A stretch of 64,000 bases of DNA from Antedon mediterranea (lineage: Eukaryota; Animalia; Echinodermata): the NCBI RefSeq assembly GCF_964355755.1, contig NC_092675.1, positions 62,001 to 126,000 of the forward strand, given 5' to 3'. Within the stretch, counting starts at the first letter, position 1. The number at the start of each line of letters is the position of its first letter. The translations under genes and the position numbers were made by a program. The notes under the pieces are model-generated. The model was not told the DNA's origin. It made no database searches and saw nothing but the letters and a program-made list of their open reading frames with translations. Of the stretch, positions 28,301 through 40,900 are shown one piece after another.

Positions 28301-31300
28301 TAATTGATGAAATAAATGAGTTTGACTTTTCAATTAGTTGCCATTTTATTAGTTTCTGTGTGTTTTTATTTATATTCTTAAAATAATTGTATACAACAAC
28401 TTTAAAGTATTGCACAGAAGTGATCAAATTATAGTAGGCCTATTTGTATGTTATTGTCGCTTAAAATTATGCAGTTAAAGCATTTGATTTTAGGGTGACA
28501 GAAACGGTTAGGCAAGAAAAGAAAAACATTTGGGAATTTTGTTATGCGGTAAAAACAATTAAACATAATTTACCCCTAATGCATGTAAATGTAGAAAACA
28601 TTGCTTATGTTAGCGCGACCGAAACTCGCTACTGGGAATAGAGCCTGCAAAAGCGACGCGTACACACCTACTCGGGCACCGGCGGAGCGCGATCGATAGT
28701 AAATATACCCAATTTCAAATGATCATAAAATTCTTTTAAAAAATATCAACATTTTGATTTTTTGAGGATTAAAAGTAAAGATATTGAAATTTAACATAAT
28801 ATTTACAAATATGTATTTAAAAATTCGGAAACAATTTTAGCGTGATATTAAAACAAAGTTTTTAGAGTTCCGCGATTTCCTACGCAGGATTTGTTTGTTT
28901 TCATTGTTAATGGGCGAATGTTACCTAAACTAGAATCGTTATAAATCTTTTAAATTTGTATTATAAGTAATTTCTTTAGTATTCTTAGTAACATCGAATG
29001 TCTCTAATTAACTAGCAGATATTTATACTAACTATTGTTCAATAATAAGCGTGTATGAAGTGAAAATCTATAGTAATAATGTTCTTAGTCAGTTCGCCTC
29101 GCTCGCGTGAAGTCTTCGGATTTCTCAATACAATTCTCAGCGGTAAAGATAGGCTCGCGCTAATATTTAAATCAAAAGCGCTCTCAAAACACTTTTTGTC
29201 CAAAATTCGCAATATGACGTGAGTGTGTATGCGCATGCGAGAAAACGTGCTTTCTTACTATATTATTCGACACAGTTTTGGTTCCTAGGCTCAGACGACG
29301 ACTGACGTCACATCAATGTATAAGTCCTAGGTCACCGGTCGTCGCAACTAGCTCTAAAGTCCTTAATAACAATATTGAAATATTAGAAATACATATACTC
29401 AGTTTCAACTATCTAGGTTTATTCAATGACTGCTTTGTATTTAGTTATCTTTATAAATTGTACTTACAGTGCGACCCAAAGTGGGAGTTTCCAAGATCCA
29501 ATCTACTATTTCAAGATATTCTCGGGGAAGGCGAATTTGGAAGAGTAGTAAAAGCCCAGGCCTTAAACATTCGTGGACACACTGGATATAAAACTGTTGC
29601 TGTCAAAATGTTAAAACGTAAGTCAACTCAACTCTATATGTAATAAAGGTTAGACAGCTGAAATTGCCTTCATTGGTAATTTCACAATCAACATGTACAT
29701 GCATGGTCAATGTTGTGTGATTAGAAATGAAATTAATTTTATCTCTTGATTTCCTAGCCTGTGCTACCGATGTCGACATGCGGGATTTAGTGACAGAGTT
29801 GAACTTACTAAAACAAGTAAATAATCCAAATGTGATACGGTTATTAGGATCATGCACGCAAAAAGGTACATTTATAAAGTTATAAAAATATCTTATTTAT
29901 TTATTAAACAATGTATGTTTTGTATACAGTAAATGTGAAATTTCGTGTGACGATAGAGAGGGCGCACTACTCTTTCAATGATTGAATTTTTATTGAAACA
30001 GTAAAGGAACATTTTTGTGACGATGTAGAGGGCGCACTACATGCCAGTAACTTTTAATTTATCTTTGTTTAAAATAATACGTATAATAGTATATATTATG
30101 TTTAAAATGCCCGTTATTTTTCCACACAGGTCCATTGTTAGTAATTGTTGAATACTGTGAAAACGGGTCGCTTCGTAAATTCCTGAGGGAGAACCGAAAA
30201 AGACCAATTTATAGTGACCATACATTAACACCGAACTCAGAACGGTCCTTGCCATTTGACGAATTTGGCTCACATTCTAATACTACCACTTTAAGACCAC
30301 GTGACTTACTAAGTTTTGCCTGGCAGATTTGTAAAGGAATGCATTATCTTTCAACATTGAAGGTAAGACTTCAATCAACAAAGTAAAATCATTTATTTGT
30401 AACAATGACGATACAAACACAGTAAGGATTTATGTTAAGAGTTAAGCCTAACTCAAGCAAACCCAGTTTTCAAAAGTTATGGTATAGACAAACTTCGGAA
30501 AACTGCAGAAAACACTAGCAAACTTTACTTTGCAAACTCGAGCAAACTGATTTTGCAAATAAAGGTTTGGTAAAGTTTGCTAGTGTAGACTAAACTTTTC
30601 TCAAATTTGTTTTGAGGACGGAGTGGGCGTGATTTTACCTAACACACAATATCTCCGTTGTTGATAAACTGAAAACAAATAAATCTTGCATCGGTATATA
30701 ACCAACCGAAAACAAATAATATACAATGTCTGAAACATTTAATATTGAATGACACACTTGTCTTAGCTTGTGCACAGGGATCTTGCTGCTCGGAATGTAC
30801 TGGTTGGAGACTGTCTTGTGATTAAGATTTCTGATTTTGGTCTTATGAGAGACATCTACGAGGCTGATTCATATAAGAGAACAAGCAAGGTAAAGTTTTC
30901 TAAAATCTAAAGGATTTTACGTAAATGGCTGATCCAATCGTCTACACAGACTGTACTGTAATGATTTAACATGATAGAAATGTTTATATTATTTTAGTCG
31001 GCGACAAGTACAATACAACATAATTCATTTAGTTTTTTTTTTTGTTTTAGGGAAGAATTCCAGTGAAATGGATAGCAATCGAATCATTGTACGATAATGT
31101 ATATACAGCAAAAAGTGATGTGTAAGTGTTATGATTGTTGAATGTCTAATGAAAATAATACATTTTACTTTTTATTTCGATGTGTCTTCATTAATGAAAA
31201 TGTCATGCGAGGATTCTCTTGACTTGAAACTGTATTTATCCTATTTACACGATCCTATATTATGTACAACAACAATAAGTTGTATATGGCGCGATAACGA

Positions 31301-33224
31301 AGATAATGACTGTTAACATTCTAAGAATATTAAAACAAGACATTAATGTTGCTTTTGTAATCGTTTTACGTAATCTATGTACAAACTTGCTTCTCGTATT
31401 GTGTTTCACAGATGGTCGTTTGCAATTCTTTTATGGGAAATCGTTACAATGGGTAAGTCGTAGTTTATTGTAATTGAGCTTATATTCGTTGATTAAATTA
31501 AAATTAATGAAATATTATATAGAATGTACTTCCTGAATTATTATTTATTATTATAATTATTGTAGTAATTATTATTATCATATTTGTGTCTGTTCACTAC
31601 TTTAGGTGCAACACCTTATCCGGGTGTTACGTCAGAGAGGTTATATAATATATTAAAAACGGGATATAGAATGAAAAAGCCTGATGGATGTTCTGATGAG
31701 CTGTAAGTAGGCCTACATTAAAGTAAAAGTGTTCTTCTGGTGAATTCGTTTGTAAATACACCGTTAAATTGTTTTAATTTAGTAATTAATAAAACAAACG
31801 TTTAATGCAGTGAATTATTGCAATAATGAACGTTTTAATGGAATAATACAGAAGCATAGTTAGTCATTATTTTATTTAACAACTTACTAAAATATCAGAA
31901 AGAATACAACCTTTTAGAAGATTTTAGTAGTCTAATATAGAAGTTGTCGCTGTCATTATAGATATCAAATCATGACAAGATGTTGGAGTGAAAAACCAAT
32001 GGACAGACCGTCATTTCAAGAATTATGTGAAATATTCGAAAACATGCTTAAAAGAAATATAGTAAGTGTCACGGTTTGCAATCTTTCTTTATTGAAACGT
32101 ATACTAAACACACAATAATACGACTGAATAATGTTTCGTACATCAGCGAAGGCAAGCAAGCACAAAAGTAACCTCTAAGAGTGTGTTTTTGACAAAATGC
32201 AAACGGAGGCTAATATAACGATACAGATAATTTGATGTTTTACATCATTTTGTGACGTCATCGTAATAATAAAAAAACATTTGATGACGATAACTTGAAA
32301 ATGATGTAGTTATCGTACAAATAAAATATTATATATAAAATATAAGAGCCACAGAAAAAGCTTTTCTTGTTAGGGCTAATTAGAACAGGTAGATGTAGAC
32401 TACTTAACAATATGTGTATAAATTTGTTTTAAAGGAATATTTAGACTTAACGGAGCTGCAGAATCTTACTCACAATGAGGTTGAGGAAGAAGAGGAGGAA
32501 GAAGAAGACAATATGGAAGCAGTGCACATGGTAAAAATGCGACTGTTAAACTCCAACATACATGGTAAGTGAACAAACAACAATTAAGTCAAGTCAATAT
32601 AATTGTATAAACTATTAACGGTCCTTATACCTTCTTAACAACTGTATGTAAATGGTAATGTAAGGATCTCGGCATTGCTGAATGCTTCACCTTTTTGGAT
32701 TCTGCAGATTCCGCATTTAAACTTAAAGTTATAGTCCGGTCAAAAATCACCCTCGCCATGGTATAAGAATGTACCCTAATAAAATTTCATCCGTAGGTCC
32801 TATGTATATAGGTAATAACATTTCTTGATGTTGCATCTTGCAAAACTTGGGATTTTACGAGAAAATTAAACTTTTATCACCAATTTATGGAAGTCCTTTA
32901 TATCACGTATTTGATTGTTATACTGTATTTGACTGCTTCTTTCTTTATTATGCTAATTAATTTCCACATTAACATACAGTTGTTAAGAGGCTATATAGTG
33001 ACTGTAGGCATTGGTTATTGTCGCTTAAAGTTGAAACTGTTTGTATCGTTATTAAATACCTTATGTTTATACTCATCCATAATATAATTATATTTTTCAT
33101 GTGTATAGGTAGCTCTTCCCAGAGCAGCAGCTCTCAATATAATATCCCAAGAATAGAGAAGATAAACGAATCCAGAGTCGGTCAACACACCCCAGTAGAA
33201 GAAGAGAGTTATCTAGCGTGTTAA
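19316..33224 (+). CDS. RET: RET receptor tyrosine kinase (18 coding exons, ~894 aa)
   Basis: GT-AG exons with consistent phases: 19316-19370, 22357-22493, 22662-22779, 23188-23396, 24001-24253, 25056-25259, 25355-25579, 26483-26799, 29470-29617, 29758-29865, 30130-30362, 30767-30889, 31051-31121, 31412-31452, 31606-31702, 31962-32061, 32435-32564, 33109-33224 (total 2685 nt). Contains the RET cysteine-rich domain ([21 protein letters not shown]), CGALC plus a TM helix, [39 protein letters not shown] and EYLDL. The first four exons are less certain than the rest. Confidence 0.92.
20755..20887. mobile_element. short MITE (Harbinger-like), copy 1
   Basis: TIR agctctgtctagactatcaaac ... gtttgatagtgtagatagct with TTA/TAA flanks. 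Same family as 25624-25758. Confidence 0.75.
22357..24253 (+). CDS. RET: RET cadherin-like ectodomain exons (22357-22493, 22662-22779, 23188-23396, 24001-24253)
   Basis: Open, phase-compatible exons. The last has the cadherin-like pattern LKYRLEI...[12 protein letters not shown]...ISFRIFVED and several N-glycosylation sequons. Confidence 0.75.
23690..23962. repeat. degenerate (GAT)n-rich microsatellite
   Basis: Many tgatga/gacgat units inside a RET intron. Confidence 0.6.
24282..24428. repeat. 60-bp tandem repeat, ~2.5 copies
   Basis: gatcgtttagtaggacctatagcatagatgactattttagtagttggacctagtatagat is repeated. Confidence 0.85.
24442..24736 (+). mobile_element. 3' fragment of a LINE (Rex1/Babar- or CR1-group C-terminus)
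   Basis: Translation [11 protein letters not shown]...RSGRIR...TDRYK* resembles the HPLH..SGR..T.R.K C-terminal motif of these LINEs. It is followed by aataaa and an (atctgt)n tail. Confidence 0.6.
25056..26799 (+). CDS. RET: RET cysteine-rich domain, stalk and transmembrane exons (25056-25259, 25355-25579, 26483-26799)
   Basis: [12 protein letters not shown]...[17 protein letters not shown]...ICPQDC; [13 protein letters not shown]; [26 protein letters not shown]. Confidence 0.93.
25624..25758. mobile_element. short MITE (Harbinger-like), copy 2
   Basis: TAA|agctctgtatacactatcatact ... agtttcatagtgtagaaagagct|TAA. The internal gatgtgcccatatatg/catatcactaccatatt is shared with 20755-20887. 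Confidence 0.8.
25881..26294. mobile_element. MITE-like element with three internal ~110-bp tandem units
   Basis: TIR acctattctcagtactgtatct ... agatacagcactgagaatcgggt. Units start at about 25890, 25998 and 26108. A related inverted relic lies at ~21510-21677. Confidence 0.75.
29470..32061 (+). CDS. RET: RET tyrosine kinase domain exons
   Basis: All catalytic motifs are present. Exon sizes 148, 108, 123, 71, 41+97 and 100 nt correspond to human RET exons 12, 13, 15, 16, 17 and 18 as I recall them. Confidence 0.96.
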
Positions 33225-34919
33225 ACACGACTGCACGTATGTCTTATTATGTAATCCAATACAATGTTGTCTTGCTATGTTAATGCAATATTAAGACAAA
33301 ATAACAGACACTCTTAACCGATTAGAAATACTGCCGAACAAAATTACAATGTGTAAACAGTAAAAATAGACATTTACAAGAAACTAGAATTAGATCAACA
33401 TATCGTTGTAACTTCTATTGCATGTACCATAGTTTTCCAGAATTACTACTGTATTTGAAAATTCAAAAAAACGACTTTATCGAAAATTCTTAGTAAATTT
33501 TGTATGTAATATATTTATTTATTGTTTTAGAATAATATCTGTAATGATAATTGTTTTACTACTGCGAAGTATCTTTGGGTTAGAGTAGGGCAAATATCTG
33601 ACCAATATCGTAAATGTTCAGTTATACTGTACAATCATTGTGCATTGCTGAAAAAGAAGAAAGGGTGTGTTTATAAATTTATTTATTTATAAAGTTATGT
33701 TTGTTCTCATTATATCGTATTGGAAGCTGGACTTTTGTCATTTCTGGCAAATAACAAAAGATACTTCATTTTATAGTTTGTTTTTAGTTTGGCTCATGAT
33801 TATTCATGTACCAATTAATGTGCCATGCTATTGGTTTATGTCAATTGAAGTTTAGTTTTAAAGAATTTTCAAAATCCATTTTTTAAAAATAAACAGAAAC
33901 AAGTAGGCCTATAATATAATAAGGTTTTGTATATAGCCAAAAGAGTATACCAATAAGTAATGTAAAATAAGTATTTTATATAAATTATAATGGTCTAAAT
34001 GTAGCCTATTTATATTTTTAATTTTGAATGATGTACGTGAATATTTCGATTCGTAAAGAATGCTGTTTTTCAAATGATGTAATTAATCTATTAATACTTC
34101 TTTTAACTAGCGACTATGCAGGTCATTTTTGCAAGATAGTGTCAGTTATACGAGCTTCGTTTGGAAGGCCAACTGAGACTAAGCAGAAGGTGTGAGGGGA
34201 ATTTATTCATTAAATGTTTCTAGTTTTTAAATGACTCTATAGTTATTTTAACTCGAAAGTTCGGTGGAATCATTCTGAATTTATTTATCTATTTATTTGA
34301 TGAGCTGACAAATGAGTGGGTTTTATTTTGATACATAAACTGTGAATCATGAATAAAGGCTTATACTCGAATTGGAGACCGTTAAGGTCAATACTTGTTT
34401 ATACTCAAGTTCAGCTTTAAAAGTGCAATTATATTATTTATTTGTGATCTAGGTCATCACGAAATTCAATATTGATTTGAATATAGAGTTTGTTTTGATT
34501 ATTGAATTTACGATGTTTGTGTTTATTTAAAGACAATAAGATTCAATAAAATACACTTAATATCGAACGTGATGCACTTACTAGCAAATCTGTTTAAAAA
34601 TTCTTGTTTTTGCCTGATTCGGTACCAAGTCCATATGAATGGGTGTCAAGCTGCAGTCGGAACCTCGTTACGTAGCAAGGTGTATTTTCTAAATACCGCT
34701 TCTTAGTTAAATTTAGATATTTAGAGGGTAAGCCTTGACTCAAAAGCTAGGATTGGACCAAGAGGTGAGATGAATAGAGAAAGCATTATTCGTACACATG
34801 ACTGATCACTAGACGGTTGCCTTAAAAGACCAAAGTTTATTTAAGCAATATTTATTCAGTAATCAATGTAGCCTAGAGGGAACGAACAGATAATTTGTAT
34901 CAATTTACTGAGTGGCAAA

Positions 34920-37900
34920 ATGAGATCTTGGTTGTTAAAGTTGTTCTTTCTTTTGTTTAAAGCAACGGTTTTATTTGGTATGTTATTTGAAGTATTGTTA
35001 TTTGAAAAAAAATCACAAATTGTTTGTCACTACAAGCGGGTATGGGCGACGTGAATAAAAACATATATATTAAGGAATATTCATATCAATTAATTGGAAT
35101 TAAATATTGAATGCATTTGTTTCATTTAAGTTAGTTATTTCATTGCTATAATTCTGGAAGTTGTAATCAAGGTCCAGGCAGTGGGTATACATGTACTTGT
35201 CCAGTTGGATATTCAGGACCAAGATGCCAAAATGTCGGTAAGAAGTTTGATTTATATAGAACGACTAGTACATCGAAATCAATTTGAATTTGTTTAAAAT
35301 GTTCCGATCATTGTATTAGGCCTATGTGCGTTGTAAGCACGGATCGGACGGTATATTATCCATCAACACACATCACATAGTATTGTTCTTAAACTCCTGT
35401 TACAATAATTGTTTAGATAACCAACTGATTCTACATCTGTCACTAGATGAATCTTAACTGACTATAGCAAGCCATTTATATACAAGCCTAGGTGTATATA
35501 CTTTCAATAAATGTTATCATTATCATCAATAACTAGTTTGAATACATCTAATTTAGCCTGTAATCCCACCCCTTGTTATAATTCTGGAAGTTGTAGTCGA
35601 GGTCCAGGTAGTGGGTTCACGTGTATCTGTCTAGATGGATATTCAGGATCAAGATGTCAAGATGACGGTAAGAAAATTGATAAAGCGAAGTAAATGTGTC
35701 CACCAATGACGGACGAAAATAATTAAATCATGTTGTTGAATTTATTATTGGTGTTTAGGTGTTAGAATCTAAACACTAATCAGAATTCATTTATACTATA
35801 TCCATTCATACCCAAATATACCGTCAAATTTTTAGTAGATAGAAAAGCTTTTATTCTCTCTCTTTTGTGGCGTAAACACCACTTTTATTCACATTCGTAT
35901 TATCCTTCATGTCATTACATACAATCATAAGATCCTTCATCAGTAAAATTTTTAGATTCCGTATTACCTCCTTTTTTCATTAATTTTCTTATATTTTCTG
36001 TACACTTACAAAAGAAGTTTAAAAAGTTAATACAAAGACGTTTGCTCTAAATAGGCTTTTTGCTTCCAAACCTCATATTTACTTTCATTATATAGAAAAG
36101 CCTTATTCATCATACGAGAGTCTGTCTTTCAACTTGTAACGTAGCAAATATATTTCGTTTGTTTTGTTTTAGATATAATGTAAATTGTAATGGATTATTT
36201 TAATATTTTCTACCACGAAATAATGAATAACAAAATTACTTTAACAATAAATTACTTATAATCTATGATTCCCGCTGCCAGCTTGTGTGCCAAGTCCATG
36301 CTTAAATTCTGGAACGTGTGTTTGATCGGGTCCTGGAAGTCAGTATACATGTAACTGTGGAGTTGGTTATTCCGGTGTGAATTGCGTAATTGGGTCACAA
36401 TTCACAATAACAAAAAATCATGTATTTTCATCATCATGGTTGTTTTAACAATAGAGAAAGCTGGATACGAATGATATCAATTGAAAATATAGTGATTGTT
36501 GATTTGTTATCCTTTTATTTTACGTGTTCTAGTAGTAGAACCATGGAGCTATCTAATTTTATAGCATGGTAGAACAAAATAATAAGGCATTACTTTTTTT
36601 GTCTCGTAAGCGTGTGTTCCCAATTCGTGTTCACATTTTGGTACTTGTGATCGAGGTCCAGGTAGTGAATATCGTTGCGACTGCAATATTGGCTATTCTG
36701 GAGGAATATGCGAGCATGATGGTAAGATATTGTTCTCTTCAGCACTTAACGGTGTTTCAAAATATTGGCCTAGAGACCTCGTTACACACATATTCCAACA
36801 ATAATGTCAACAGCATCTCATTTATTTCCTAATTCAGTGGTATAGGGAGCATCTTGTCGGAAGAACGTACGTCCAACCTGTATAAGTTATAATATTTAAA
36901 GAATGTCATTCAATTTACCAGCTAAAGAATTTGAATGACAAGTTTCTATTCTATTAATTAGCATGTGCTTCAAACCCATGTGTCAATAATGGTACCTGTA
37001 TTCGAGGTGTCCTGGTAGTGGCTATAATTGCAGCTGCGGTATTGGTTTTTCAGGAGAAATGTGCCAAGTTGATGGTAAGTACATACTAAAAATAAATCAA
37101 TATAATGAATATGTTTTCATTTGAGATCTTTAGTAAACTTCATCTTTTTTCTTCAGCGTGTGAGCCTAGCCCATGCCTTAATTATGGAATATGTTCTAGA
37201 GGTCCAAGTAGTCGGTACACTTGTCACTGTGAAGTTGGTTATTTTGGAACAAGGTGTCAAGATGATGGTAAACTGCAATAATTCTTAAAAAAATGTATTT
37301 CACATCAATACAACAAGTGCTATTGCAGTGTATTACTGGTGAGAGGCCTTGAATGTGTATTGTCACAATCATGTTCTATTTATGGTACAACCTTCCACTT
37401 ATAATGAAGTTATGGCAACCACATTTGGTAGCTTACATATTTTATTATAAGCTTACATTTGTTTTCCTACAACAATCGGCCCTTTTTGCATATCTAAGTT
37501 AAAGATCCGAACTATTATTCTGCTGATAGGAGATATCGAGTTATTTGCACAGTTTTTGTTTATTAACAAAATGCGTTTCTTGAATTTTCCGATTTACAAT
37601 TATGAGTGTCCTAGTTTTATTTGAGATGTTAAAAATCGATAAATTTAAAGTTAAGGGGTTTCTAAAGTGTTTATTCTTCCAATTCCCAAAAGCTGGAATT
37701 ATTACAATCACATCTAAATCAACAAACAAGCATCAGTAAAGTAAATGTTGATGAGAACAGCTTTATTATAGTTATATTGGGATATATACATATGTCATAT
37801 TATTTATGTTGTGATTCTCTGTGTTTAGAGAAGGATGCTTTAGACCAGGTCCGCCTTATATTATTAGCCAATCAAAATCGTATAATTTTTGGAGGGAAAA

Positions 37901-40900
37901 TGTTATCCTCCTCTGAAGCCTAAAATTTGCATGTCCAGTATAAAAGTGGAATGTAATAGATATTAAAGGAGAAGAGAGAATAAGATCAGAGTAGATAAAC
38001 GGAAAGATGAGAAAGAAAATAAGGCTTGACTGGTAGTAAGATGTATTAATCGAGTTACAAGAAATAAAAGTTCTAGTTGAGTTAAATATACTTTTTGTAT
38101 GAGTTATCATTCAGTGACAGTGTACGTCGCGTGGAGTTATATACGCCTGAGAAAGCTCGGAACCAACTAAAATAATCACTACATGGTGGCAGCGGTGAAA
38201 ATTTTTGTTTAAGATACATGATTTAAGTATCAAGAAGAAGAAGAAGAAGAAGTGACAGTGCCTACTCTACGGGCCTGTTAAATCAGTAACCAAAAAGTTA
38301 AATGGTTACGAAGATCTGGATTCCTGACAGTTTTTATACCGTGCGTTGTTTGGATATTACAACGAAGAAGAAATACTGTTGAGCTCAAGACTGCTGGATA
38401 TTCATCGGAGAGATATATATTCACCGAGATCTGAAAGAAGACTGAAGTAACAGAAGGAAGCCCAGTAAATTTTGAGAAGATTTGCAAAGCTGACTTTTGT
38501 AAACTATTTTTTATTTCAAAAGTAAATTTTTGTACGGAGCGAACTTGGAACGTTGTTTGTGACTTTGAAGTAAATTAATGTCTTATATTGTATTGCCATG
38601 GTATTGCATTTAAAAATGTATGTGGATTTCATATTTTTACATATCTGAATGGAATCAAGGTAATACAAATACTTTTATAACATATTTTGTATACATAAGT
38701 TTACATATTTCATTAGTAAAATTGTTATTAGCATGACAACTTTAAGATCGGGTAAAAATATAGATAAGACTATGTCAGACAAAGATACTAGGGAAGATAT
38801 GGTTGACCAAGAAGAGGTTGACCAAGTCAATGAAATATATGATAAAATGGCTAGGGATATTGATTTGCCCGAAATACCCGGCGGTATGCCTAAAGATATG
38901 ATGCTCGAATATTTTCGAATGAAGTTCGAGGCCGAAAACAAAAAGTTAGAATACCAATTAAGATTAGAAGCAGATATAGAGCAAAGAAAAATTGAATCAC
39001 AAGAAAGAGTGAAAATGATGGAATTAGAAAATAGGTCTAGCTACAATAATGCTAGGAATATAGTAGATGAAATGAAGGTAAAGGTTCCTACTTTGAAGGA
39101 ATCAGATGATATTGATATATATTTTAGAACATTTGAACACTTGGCAGAAGCCACAGGTTGGGATAAGAATACGTGGTCCGCTAGGTTAGCACCTGAACTG
39201 TCTGGTAAAGCTAGGACAGCATATGCATCCTTAACCGTAAAAGAATGTGTAGATTATGATACCTTAAAGAAGGCAATCTTAGAAAAGTATGATGTGTCCG
39301 CAGAGACCTACAGATTTAAATTTAGAAATTCAAACAGAGTTAAAGATATGTCCATCAGGGAATGGCTGAATGAGCTCTCCCATTATTTAAAATGTTGGAT
39401 GAAATGTGCTAATGTAAAAGAAGATGATGCTGCAGGCATTATTGAAATGATTATAATGGAACAGGCACTTGATAAAATGCCTGAAGATCTGAGGCTTTAT
39501 CTTAGAGATAAACAAGTAAATAAGAGCTATGATATGGCTATGATAGCCGATGATTATATAGCTAATAGAGGTGGCCGTGGCTATTGGAATGCCGTAAATT
39601 CTGAAAATAAGCCTACGTATTATAAGGGCCAAGAAAATAGTAAACCTAAGAATAGTACGACTCAGAATAACCCTGGAGCTAGGCAGCAAGGATACAATAG
39701 GTATCGCGGAAGGGGAGGCAAATTCCATAACTATGGTAGAAATTTCCAACAGAGAGAACCTTCAAATGAATGGATTAATGGCCTATGCTTCAATTGTAAG
39801 GAAAGGGACATAAAATAGGGGATTGTCCTAAGATGGTAGCAAAAGGAAAGACTAGTGACACTAAGAAGGGCCCGAATGTGAAAGATGGCTTAAGATGTGA
39901 AGGAATAAAATCAGATAGACCCCAAGTAGTTATGGATAGTGTAGAAAATAAAATGGAGAAGTGTACAATACCAGGAAAATTAGAAGGACAGGATATAACT
40001 ATGCTTAGAGACTCGGGATGTACCCAGTCAGCTGTTAAGGAAAGTCTAGTGCCTAACAAATGTTACTTGCCAGGAAAATGGGTTACGTTAAGAGGTATAG
40101 GAGGCGACATTACCGTCCCCTTAGCTGAGGTAGCTATAGAAAGTAAGATAGTGACAAGAAAAGTGATTGTAGCCGTAATCGAAGGATTACAGAGGGACAT
40201 GTTATTGGGTCATGATTTGGACCAGAATTGTGGGGAAACAATGGCTAAAGAAATGTTCGTCCTAACTAGGGAGCAAGCCAGAATAGAAAATGATGTTAGA
40301 ATACAAGACGAAATGATATTGTTAGGGAAGGATAGTAACTTTAAGCCGATAGAAGAGCCGCCTAAAGAAACTAATGTACAATTGTTGAAAACAGTAGTAA
40401 ATGACAACAAAGTAAATAAAATTAAGTGTTTAGATGATATGAATGGAACAGAAATGAATAATTTGTTTGACGAAAATGAGGATAAAGCTAAAGATAAAAC
40501 AGTCAAACGTAAAACTTATGAACAACAGCACAAGCTAAACCTAACTATACTAAACAAGAACTGATCAAATTGCAAACTAAGGATGACTCACTCAAAGGAG
40601 TGTTTGACAGGGTAGTCCCTATATAGAAGAAATAGGTCAGCATAGGGTATGTTTCTTTATGAGACAAGGTATATTGATGAGAAATTGGAGTAGTATTAAA
40701 GATAAGAATAACCAAGTGGAACAGATTGTATTACCCACTCAGTGTAGACAGGGTGTATTACACTTAGGTCATAATGTGCCATTTGCAGGTCACATGGGTG
40801 TTGAGAAAACTAAAAGTAGGGTCCTGAACCAATTCTATTGGCCAGGTATATTTAAAGATGTGGTAGTCTATTGTAAAGTCTGTAAGGAATGCCAAAAGGT

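Noticed and set aside
29470-32061. FGFR or other RTK assignment
   Set aside because: The upstream exons encode the RET-specific cysteine-rich domain rather than Ig domains, and the intron positions fit RET.
36323-36325. In-frame TGA as selenocysteine or readthrough
   Set aside because: It is not at an EGF cysteine position, the exon also has a poor donor, and no SECIS was recognised.
39795-39820. Programmed gag-pol ribosomal frameshift
   Set aside because: The shift falls inside the CCHC knuckle, there is no canonical X XXY YYZ heptamer, and further frameshifts occur downstream. A 1-nt deletion is simpler.
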